Below, one piece after another: positions 37,401 to 49,400 of a DNA stretch of 64,000 nt; position 1 is the first letter of the stretch, and every line of letters begins with the position of its first letter. Where the stretch lies: the NCBI GenBank assembly GCA_002633005.1, contig NMRA01000007.1:820362-884361 (forward strand), in the 5' to 3' direction. Origin of the DNA: Phoronis australis (lineage: Eukaryota; Animalia; Phoronida). A program made the translations under genes and the position numbers. Under the pieces are notes generated by a model. The model ran no database searches and had not been told where the DNA came from. It was given only the letters and a program-made list of their open reading frames with translations.

Positions 37401-40400
37401 GCCTACCAAGCTACATTTCAGTTGGGATTGAGAGATAACCTGGGACTAAATGGGAGCAGTTAAATACTGGAAGGGATGACCAGCAAAATAATTTTCTGAA
37501 GGATTTTTTTAAATGCTCCAATTAGATTCTTCACGAGAATGGAGATAAAGTCCTATTAAGGAAAGAAAATTTCATGACTAATTTCATGGGTTTGTTGATT
37601 ATCTTTTAATTTTTGTTTAATTTTCAGGCACATCAACTAAGGTATAAAGCATTAAATTAAGTATTAGTTCATATATCTACATTGGTGCTAAAGATTCCAA
37701 CTGCAGAGTGTGCATACCAGTAACAGCTGAGTTGCTGCAACTTAGTCAAATAAGAAGTTCCAGCTATGACCACCAGGGGGCAGCAGCATGCAAGAGACAC
37801 TGAGAGTAAACAAGACTAATTATAGAACAACTAACAAAATTTGATCACCGTAGTTTGCAGTTTTCGTTAAAAAGCTATTATTAACATTGTTCACATCTTA
37901 AAGAATAATTTGATTGTCTTTTCTAATTTAACAGTTCTACCAGAATAGACCAGGCCCAAAATAGCACAGCATCACCCTCATTGTTAAGTAATTACCCACA
38001 ATGCAACACATGTACCAAGCACTTGTCTTCCTCCCATGAGAATGTTCTAGCAGTCACTATCAAATACCCTAATTATCGTGTTAATTTATCAATGTTGTAA
38101 TGCAGCAAACTAGTTTCATTGCATTTTGAGTTGCAGTGCTGACAACAAGAAATTGGCAAAAATGACAAATATTAGTGAAGGAGGCGTTGATCAACTGAGG
38201 AGTGCCTGACATTTTAAAAAGTAGGTCAGTATTGCAATGCATTTTTCTACCTTCGGGGAAAGAGGAGTGTTCAGTTGAAAACGAGTCTATTAAGCAGGTA
38301 AAATTATACTACAGAAACCCCTTTGGGAATCAAAAACTTCCACTGATAAGACCACAGCTCCAGTGTCTCCCAACCAAATATCTCACGCAATATACTTACA
38401 AAATATTGAGCTGCATTTGCCTTCGAATGAGTGCATTCTTCTTATTGACCAATAGGAACCATTCCGACAATAGTTGCTCTTCCTCTGCCTTACTCTTGCG
38501 GGTTCCTAGAGATGAACAAGGAAGAATGTGATGGAGGCTACACAGTGGCGACATCTATTGACGCAATGATATCTAACTTGTATACAGTTCTACAAGGACC
38601 ACAGAGAAAAAAATTAAGCAAAAGACAATTATATCAACAAGGGTAATTTACAGAGAGAGAAATTTACTAGAATAGAGGCAACAAAACCAATTTTGGACAA
38701 AAAATAGATATCAAAACTGTTCATTTTTTATTTTCAAGTTTTTCTTACGATGCTGTTCATGTCCCTAATTTTTCAAAAATGTTGTTTAATGGAAGCCACT
38801 ATACAGAACTTGAAAATAGTAAAGCATTGATTCGACAGCACTTATCCTTTATGAAAAAATGAGAAAAAAAATATGAAATTTCACTTTAAGGTTTAGAAAA
38901 ATTGCAAATTTCCCTGCCTCCCCTCCTTCCCCTCAACAAAAATGCCCACCTTTATCCATAACTCTCCTCAGCTTGATCTCCAGTTCTCCAGCGCTCTCGT
39001 CTATCTGACTCTGCTCCCTCTCCAGCGCCTGCAGTTCATTCTTCACATATTCATTAGTGTCCATGAAATCCTACAGACATTGAGAAACAATACACCCAGT
39101 TTATAATAGATAGTTCTATATATCAAACAGCTAATCTCAAGGGGAATCAAAAATTGGCTGGACTTCAAAACCAGTTCCCTGGACTTCAAAACCAGCTGGC
39201 TTTTTGCAAAACCCAATGGCCGGTGTTCTAACTTGGTGGTTGGACCTCAAAAAAGGTTGGCTAGTACCTCAAAACCAAACAGCTGCACACAAAAAACTTG
39301 TTGGCCGGACCTAAAATGGGTTGGCCGGTGCTCAAACAAAATGCCCTAACAAATCGCTGATTCTGAACAAAACAAACAAACGGGTAGGAAAAATAAACAC
39401 TAGATGTCACTTGAATCCTTCGAGACATTCAAAGCGAGTCTCTGAGGAAATCCGGCCGTCGTGTGTGATTACCGGCCAACTGATTACAGCACTGGCCATC
39501 GTGTTTTGGGTCCAGCCAACTAGTTTTTTGGGTGAGGCCATCGCGTTTTGATCACTGGCCATTTGGTTTTGCAGTCCAGCCGATTGAAGTCTCGTGACAG
39601 AAATGCAACATTAGCGAATCAGTAACAAAAGTCCAGTCTTACTTCATATCTATGGTAGTTTGACCAACTAGATCACCCTTCTTCATAATTTGGTCCCACA
39701 GAGAGTAAGCATAAAGCCTAAAGATGGTGCTGCGTGTGACTTAAAATGCCATATTACAACCCTTTGTTCAAGCAGACCATCACATGTTCATTTCCTATTA
39801 CTTGGAGAATGATGACTGACCTCATCCGAGTCTGTCTCTGAGCCCGACTGGGAGTTCTGTTCTCCGCCACTATCCAGATTGTCATTAGATCCAATGCGGT
39901 GAGTTGCAGTCTCCTGGAATAAAATACACCTCGTCTCATAACATCAAGCACTTTGTTGCAAAAGAGATAACTACCAAATTTGAGAAATGAATGAGACTGG
40001 CGTATGCCGCATTTGAAAAGAATTGCAGTGTTTGAAGCATGCGTGACAGTGGGATATATCAGGTTTTGTAGAAAATGATTGAAGTATTTGAATGGCCCTA
40101 GTGATCGACCATATTGTGAGAAGTAGTTCTAAAATTCCAAATTTAGAAGACCTCTCGTTGTGAGATGAGACTTCACATGCAATTGGCCTCCAGTATCTGA
40201 CAACAGAGGTGAGGTGCATACAAATTACATACTAGTGTCGGAGAAATTTTTAAAGATAAATTTCTGCTCATTTTCTTGAAGGTTTTCACGTTTTTTGTCA
40301 AATTTTGAATCAAATTTGATGATTATGGTTTCTTGAAGAGGTTTTGTCAATTTTACTTCACTAGAGAATCCCTAACAGCGTCTTATCAGTGCTTCATCGA

Positions 40401-43400
40401 AGCATGAACACATGTCACATCACATGAACACATGTCACATCACATGAACACATGTCATACCTTATGAACACATGTCACATCACATAAACACATGTCATAC
40501 CTTATGAACACATGTCACATCACATGAGCACATGTCACATCACAGGAACACATGACACATCACATGAACACATCTCAAAACACATGAACACACACCACAT
40601 TACAAGAGCACATGCCACATCACATGAACACATGTCACAACACATGAACACAAGTTACCTCGCATGAACATACGTCACATCACATCATCACACAGTGAGC
40701 CTTGGTCATACCACAATTGCCAGGATATAATTTCATTTTACACCAGCTATTTCCCTACCAGATAGTGGATATATAGTAATTTTGGCCAATTAAATGCATG
40801 AACACAACATCTTTTCCATTTAAGTTCTGGCACTCTCCATGAGTTTTTACCCTTTCATCACTTCCCATGCCTTTTCCATTCATGGAAATTAATTTTTATT
40901 TCCCTCGACTTCCATAAGTGAGAAGTACGCATGACAACAACGTTCCTTACCCTCGAAGGTGTTGTCGGAGTGCTCTTGTCTGAACTCTGTAACTTGGCAG
41001 CAGTAGTGGCAAGAGTGGTGGCCAGAGTGGGCCGGGACAGCATCAGTTTCTGCAGCTTGACATCAGAGTCTGGCTGGTTAGGAGGCTGATCACCAGGTGG
41101 AGCCTGGCTGGCTGAGTCTACTGGGCTGGGCTCATCGCCAGTAGCTGTGAACATACACTATCCATGTGACGAGGGTAATATTATGTGGACTACTTAACTT
41201 CTTACAGTCTATTAGTACTGGGAGACTGATAGAGCAACATAAAATTGTGAGATTTGCAATTCAAATTCATTCACTAATCCCTTCAACTGATATTGTTTGT
41301 TAAAAATCTTGTACTCAGCAATAAGCATGCTACTAAGTAGCAAAAATTCAGAAAAAAAAGATGAAACTTGGATTTTGTTTATCAGGTATATCAGGTATTG
41401 TTTCAACAACAATTGTTTCCAGACACGTATTAATAAAATCTCAACATCAGTTCTCATACACTTTTCCATTTTATTCAAGGATTTCTTAAAATTGTGACTA
41501 CCATATAAATCGGCACCACACAGTTGTCATCAGGCTCAGTTGTGTGTCAACGATCCTAAAATAATTAAGAGCTGCAAATCTGTACACTACTTTTGTAATT
41601 ATGAAAACTGCCTGACGTGGCAATACTCTGATATAATGTGTCCGTATTTTGAAAACCAGTTTGATACCAGTTATTCCGTGGAGAAAACTCGCATGACGCT
41701 TTAGTCAAAAGGAGTCACTTCAATACATGTACCCATAATTCATGTCTTAACATTAGTAGAGATGAATGTAAGTTGTAAATGAACATCAAAAAAATGACAA
41801 ATAATGAAAGTTGTAAAGTACAAACATCACAGGTATGACAAACAACGAAAGTTGCAAACAAACATCAAGGGTATGACAAACATAAAGAACAGGAAATGCA
41901 TACCATTTTTTCTAAACTGGTAAAACTTGAACTCTTTGCCTGGAGGAAAAACAAACAGGACGGTAAATAAGAATGAAGGAACAAAACAGAAATACAAACA
42001 AAACAATTGTACACAGTTATCTGAGAGGGAAAATAAACATAAAATCTAATGGGAAAGACATGGTTACACCACGCAAGATAAAGAACAAATCGATGACATG
42101 AGATGAATGCAACTAGAGGTCCGAAAACTTGATGAAAATGATTAAACCAAAAATGGTAGATGAAGGTACCAAAATATCTGATCCACATTTTCCATACTGG
42201 GCCTTGTGCTAGGAAAAGAAATTGTGAAAATGCACCCAGATTTTTTCAAATCCCTTTCTAAAGAAGCTGCCATTGGGGAGGGGCTCTTCGTTTATGAAGG
42301 CTTTGAGAAAATCCCCAATAAATGAGGCTGTAAGTACAATATGACACAGGAATATGACATCCAGTGTGAAGTAGAAGTATTCCATTATACAGCCAGGTGG
42401 CAGCATCAGTCCCACATCAAAATTCAAAAAACATAAAAATTCAAAAAAACATCAAAATTAAAAAAACATCAAAATTAAAAAACATCAAAATTAAAAAAAA
42501 ACAAAGGGACTCGAACATCTATAGCCAACTTACGGATGTGGCTCCCACTGCCAATCTCAGCGCCCTCTGGCTGTCCAATACTGGTTCTAGCCTCGGAGAT
42601 GAGCTGGCGAGCACGTTCCCGTAACTGTAGCTTCTTGTCTTCCTCAGTTTCCTACAAGCAAACACCATCAACAGCCCAATGAGTGGGTACCATACCAGGG
42701 GTAGCATACATATTTTGGCAATAACAATAACATAACAGCACTGTATTAGAATGAGACTTTAACACATCAAAAGGCATTAATTAAGCTGCATGAACAAATG
42801 CACTTAGATCATAGCAACAAAATTTGTCAACTCAGTTAGTAACTTTTATACACACACGCCATTCAACTTCCACTTTTTTCTAAAATCTTACAGCAGTAAC
42901 AGGTTGTTCAGGCTGTGACCTCTCTGTGACCTGTTTGCCGAGCGCATCTTGTCGAGCACGCTCCAGCAAAAGTCTGGCCCGCTCTTTGAGCTCCTCGTGA
43001 CGAGACTTGGGTCGCTGAAATCGCACACAAACTAATAAACTCATACGCCATGCGTGATGTGATCCCATGCAAGTGGAATGACAAAGAGACAACAGAGGCA
43101 GAAAATCAACTTTATAAGTACTGTCTGCAAATCCTCAACAAAAACAAAAAATTTTAGGAGCTTGTAACTAAAACGTATCAATTTTAGTTGCTTTAACTTA
43201 AGTAAAGTTTTCACTGTATACCTTGGCCAGAACACTGCGTATATTGACAGCCCTTGGCCATTCATTTCAGAACACTGCGTATATTGACAGCCCTTGGCCA
43301 TTCATTTCAGAACACTGCGTATATTGACAGCCCTTGGCCACAGTAATGTAAAACATCTCAAAATATCAATGAAGATGAAATTCATGCATTTCTTCACAAC

Positions 43401-46400
43401 TGTGCTAACACTGATATCATTGCAAATTAATACACTGATATCATTGCAAATTAATACACTGATATCATTGCAAATTAATACTCTCAAATGAAACAAAGTA
43501 CCAAACCAAACGATAATGAAAAGGAAAGTGACCCAGTGTAAAAATGAACCACAGATCCAGTGGATAAATTTAAACTGTGTACACAACAACCAGTTGTCCA
43601 CTCTACATCAACCAGGTGCACCACCTACCTCTGATCGTGTCGTGGGAGTTATCTCCCCTGACCTGCCTGATTCGGTTGAGGGAGACGGACTATTTTCTTT
43701 CTTCACAGGCACCGGTAACTGGCGAGGCTTACGGAGAGGAACACTGGTACCACCACTAACGAGGCTATTGCTGTTGGAAGTCTCCTGCTGGCTGTAACAG
43801 GGCAAAACATGGCATGAAATCAATAATTCAGTGTTGATTGCAGTACTGTGGACATGAAGTCATTGCTGTTTGCACAATTCCATGGAGCGGAATAATTCAA
43901 TTTCAGCACAGAAAAGTGCACTGGTTTGGACTGAGATTGGAGTTCTAGTCCTGGGTTGGGTGGTGAACTATGAACTTTGACATGATGGTCCCTTGACTCA
44001 TTCATATGAAAATGAAAAAAATAAAATTTCCCTTATCCGCCACAGTGTGTCCCAAACTGGTGAGATTTTATTGTAAATAACACTTTGTCTCGGTTATTAC
44101 AGGTGTCACTAGACAGTTCAAGGAATCTTTATTGTCTCAGTCATGTAATATGTAAAAACTCTTACCTTTTCTCAGGACTTGCACTTTCTCTTGTCTTTTT
44201 ACTGACGGCATTATCTGTACATTCTTCTATACATGGCTGCACAGGCGAGGTCCCTGTTGGCGTCACCTGAGTTGGAGGGGGCACATCGTCTTCATCATCA
44301 CTGTCAAATGGATTGGTCAGCTGCTTACGGGTCATCAGTTTTACGGGAGATTCGAGTTTCTGAGCCGGGGCTCCTGCAGAGCGTGCGGGCGACTTCTGCT
44401 CAGTGGCCATATTCCCCACTCCCTTGTGCATGCTGGTATCACTACCATTATTTTGAACACTATGATTGTCCTGTTTATCACCGACCTGCGAGTCTCTCTT
44501 ACCAGGAGTATCCGGGGAGCCTTTGGTGGCATTGTTGATCAGCTCCCCCTCTAGGGCTTCAAGGAACTTAGACTCGGGACTTTGTTCCCTAATACTGAAT
44601 CTATCGGACACCTGTGACATTAATGACGCCGTCCCCGCACTGGTCACAGATTCCGCATCAGGAGAATGATTCTTCCGAGAATGGCGGCTGTGGTGCTTCT
44701 TACGTCGGCTCCTCTGTTTCACTTCCTTCCCGTACATCTCCTTCGAGATCTTCGAATCGAGATCAGTTTCGTGCTCCCCGACAGTATACGTACTTTCACT
44801 GGACTTCATGCCTATCTGCTGAATCTCCAGCGTTTGCCCTGTGAAGTATGTGCGTAGCTGATACAGGTAAGTCATTACACACAGCTTGTCAGGTACCTTC
44901 AGTATGACCATGTCTGACGGCTCTATCACCTTGGGAATGCCCAGGCTGGCTGCAGCATCAAAAGCCTTCTTATTGTTGTTGTGGATGTCATGAGAAGATA
45001 GTGACTTGAAATCTCTGAAAACCAACAAGCAGAGTGGTAAGGAGGGAAGCACATCAGACTTAATGTTACATGGGCCTCCAGACAAGTGTCCAAATATGGC
45101 AAACTTCAGAACATCACATCTCAAAAATGGCTGATTGGATTCGTATGAAACTTTCGCATACTATGCTTTAAATACATTGTTCTCCAAAACACTGCTAAAA
45201 ATCAGCTTTAAAATGTTCCACTTATGCACGAGAGCCTATCAAAAATAGGACTTTGGAGGTTTCCATGAAAAAAATTACTAAAAAGACATGGGCGCGCGAC
45301 TCAATTACTGGCAGATTGGTAAAATGTGAAAAATTAGTCTTCTGGCTTTCTACTTTCAGAAAATACATATATACTCACAGTTAAATTAATATTGCTGTAG
45401 ATATTTGGCTAAATGTGAATACTTGTCAATATAGTCCTACATACCCTTAATGACAAATCAAGTATTGCATCACAGACAGTGTTCTAGGAAGGACCCCTTT
45501 AGTTAACCTGTGTAAACACTCATAGATACATTGCTGTAATGAAGGATTCCAACAAAGTGACTATCATCTCTATTGGTCCACAATATGTTTCCCCATAAAT
45601 GATCCTTTAAGTCACAGTGAGGGACCAGCACAAGGCAGATGGCCAACAACTGAAGAACTACCTTATAAATATGCAGGAGGAAGACAACACCACAATATGT
45701 CTCTGCTGTACAGGCACTCAGTGTAATTTGGCAGCAGCCCTTCCTATAGACAAAATTTGTTGAACACACAACAATGTGAACTAATGATGAATTTCAACGA
45801 TACTCGCCCGAGTTCTCTGTATCTTTGACGTCGTTCGCAGCCCAACAGTAAAGCAGGCCGCCAAGTGACACATTAGTAAACTAATAACTAAAATGACTGT
45901 CTTGAAATACAGCAGCTATTTTAATCATTAGTTTACTTATGTCTCTTGGTTGACAGCTTCATTTTTGCACTGCAGACAACAATCAAAGATACAGAGAGAT
46001 TGAGTGAATATCACACTGTTGTGTGTTCAACAAATTTTGCTGTACAAGAACATAGACTCACATTAAATCTGGCCTGAACTTGTGAACGATGGCACAGAAG
46101 GCAAGACCGTTTCGCCATGAGGTGGTCATATTGGTGACACGGACACCCCGGTATCCCTTGGTGGTCTCCTTACACCATTCTAACAAGTCTGACAGGGCGT
46201 TGGCACCACCGGAGGCTTGTGGTAATGGCTGGAACATGGAGGAAACTTCTGTGATGATGCGAGGTCATGGAGTAGGTGGTAGGTGGGGAGCTTGGGCACT
46301 TTCCTGTACTTATTTGTACAGAGTAAGATAAATCATAAACCTTCACAGTGTTAATTTATTATACGGAACGCATCTGGAGCACCTTAAAACACTCTAAATC

Positions 46401-49400
46401 AGCTCATTTTCATGACTTAACTATTGTAGGGGCAGTACTGTGAAAAATACATTCCACCTACAAGTTTTTATCATAACTACTGCACGTTATTTTTTTGGTA
46501 TTGCACAATGTTTTTATGGTAAGAACCTCTTTGGACTCTTGAGTTTTAACCAATGAAACCATATATTTAATTTTGAGCTCCACAGTAAAAAATGAAGACT
46601 GCGAAATATCTGCGAGTTTGGCAGAGGAGTTCTCGGGCTGCTTAAAGAGGAAATGCACAGCATGCTTCCGTAGATCATTCAGGTTTCACATCGGTGGAAG
46701 TTAATGCGATCTCACTGAAAGACAAAACATTTAGAAAAAAAACAGAGTTACGTGACTACAAATGTCCTGTTATTATTTTGAGTACATACTTATGTTTCTG
46801 TGATCATTAAGGATTAAGAAAAATATAATTATGACTTCAAGGGTTCAAAATTAATACTTAAAAGATATTTAAAGAAGCATGATCTCAGGTAACAAAACAA
46901 GCGAGTTACCTTCAAGAAGACTAACAATTATTTAGGAAACTTATCTTTAGTATGCTAACCATAACCACACCATAACCACACCATAACCACATCACAACCT
47001 ATAGGGTGTTAGAGGAGTCAGTGCGGCCCAGTAGGACAAATGTCCGCTGCCTTTCCTGAAGGCCGTGGATTCATGTTTCACAGGGCCACATTCGTAAACC
47101 GTTGAGTCAGGTTTCCAGCTCCTCAGCTCAGTTTTAACACATGAATGTATTAATAAAGCACAAAAATGCTTCCAGGTGATCAGTGCAATGGGCCCACATG
47201 CACAGCCTGTGTACGTCTGGTACAACGTGTATCAAAATGCCCGCAATTATTATATAGTTCATTAGTCTGTGAAGATATTCAGCAGCCCAAAGCTATGAAC
47301 ACTGTATTTATTGTACGTTGCCAATCCAAAAGAATACACAGGAATGTTTACAAGGTTAAAACAGCAACACAAATGACATACCTCTGATGGGAACATGTCA
47401 TCATCATCAATCGCCATTGCACTACAAAAATAACAAATTAAAGTGAAGCGTCTTACAACATTATGGTAACTGTGCACATGTTTATTTGCAATTGTTACTT
47501 ACAGGGCCCCCACATTTTGAGAACCAGTTTGATACCCTTTATTCAGTAGAGAGAACTGGTTCTCAAAATGCAGGGACCCCTGTACGTGACTTCAACTTAT
47601 TGGTTTTACATGATGAGGAGACTGCCAAGGTGACAGTTTTGAAGCGAGCTACTTAGTATTAAAGCAGCTATCAAAATGATAAAAATGTGAACTGTCATAA
47701 TTTCATGATACAGTACAAGCCAAAAATAAACGGGCAAAATTACTGTCTCATCAGCATGCCAGCCAATCACATGGCAATTCTACTTGAACTCAGCTGATGT
47801 AGAATAACACTTAATATACTGACGACAATGAATTGCGAGACATTTTGTGCGACTATTGTGGCGTATACTATTCCTAATAATTAAAAGATGATTTCTACTT
47901 AAGACCTACCATGATATCAATTTCCTCAACTATAGAATAATCTGATGTACAGGGATATTTAGTTTTACCTCTGTTGACTGGAATTATCCGTTTTATCCAC
48001 ACCATCTCGAGGGGACATCTGATCAACGTCACTGGTACTTCCCAAGGTAACGTCCGACTCTGATATTTTCCGCTTCGGTGAATCATCAGGGGGTGGTGGC
48101 GTACTGGTTGACCTTGGAGGTGTTGCACCGGATGACCTCCGCCCTAACTTTGGACTGGCAGTGGCAGGGGGTGGAGTGCCTGATGATGAACGACGAGGCA
48201 GGCGAGGACTGGCGGAGAATGGTGACACAGACCTGGGGGGTGTCTGTGGAGGGGTACCTGGTAGTAGAACAGTTGAGTGGTCAGATCAGGAGAAACACAG
48301 GAACATTAGGCTTCTGACATCACAATCTAGGACTAAACTGGTGTTCAAAATAACCGTTTTCACAGTTTGAACATAACTAGTCGGTAAACCAAACCTTAAA
48401 CAGGGTTGGAAGACCGTTCATTGAGTTGAGCTGAGTATTGTCTAAAACATAATATGGAAATCGAAGAAAGAGCCAAGTCAAAAAACTTTGGTTGTGATTT
48501 ATGCACATAAATGAGTAGGAATACATCAGTGGACTTACTTTATACCTACCCTAAGTTTGAAAAAAATTAACCCACATCAGCAAAATGATTCCCACCTTAG
48601 CACAAAATGTCAAGACAGAGCATCAACACATTTTAAGATTAACTTGGTCCTGAACCAACATGAACTTGCACTTACCCTGTTTCTTGCCCTTCTGGTCTCT
48701 CTTGGGTGAGTTTCTCCTGAACTTGGCTGGCAAGGTCATGAACTTGCTCAGACCTTTCTTACTAGTCTCTTTAGTGGTGTCCTTGGCTTGACCAGCCAGA
48801 TTCTCATCAGAGACTGACTTGGTGGGACCTGGGTCATCGAAGGGATTGAGAGATGTGTCAGACGGGTCATAGAAGGGGTTGGACTCGTCCATGGGGTCAT
48901 CACTGAGGGGGGCGAGATCAGACGGTGGGACTGGAACATAAGACCACAACACAAATACGACATGCTCGAACTGAAATAACAACACAGCAAGGCAGCAAAT
49001 AAATCAACAACAATCAAGGAGAAAAATGTACACGGTAAGATCTCATCAATTTAGGACAAAAGAATTGCCAACAATACCATTTTTTGTATTTCAAGATCTG
49101 AATGTCCACATTTTAAATTTCTTTTCTGATAATAGGAATGGTACAGAACTTGGTATGGCATTAATGCGGTGCTACATATTTTTTATGAAAAAATGAGAAA
49201 ATAAAGTTTCACCTGTCCACCCCATCTTGTCTTAAATTGGTGAGATTTTACCTACGTTAGCAAAGAACAGAATGCTGCTAAGAGTGGAACAACCACAAGT
49301 GTCATAAATAGAAACATCTCGCTTGAAAGGTGGAAAAATTGTGAAGTGTGAGTCGAGTAGAAAGAGCTAATCTATGCACTATGTATCAGACTAGATATGG

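Noticed and set aside
39754-39951. 65-aa minus-strand ORF
   Set aside because: Alternative frame over exon 16; the splice-compatible frame is different.
42519-42707. Track [11 protein letters not shown]...[11 protein letters not shown]
   Set aside because: Wrong frame over exon 14; the spliced frame gives the conserved [12 protein letters not shown].
45015-45124. N-terminal extension [22 protein letters not shown] of the 320-aa ORF as an alternative start
   Set aside because: It is intron plus family A transposon sequence upstream of a good acceptor at 45015-45016.
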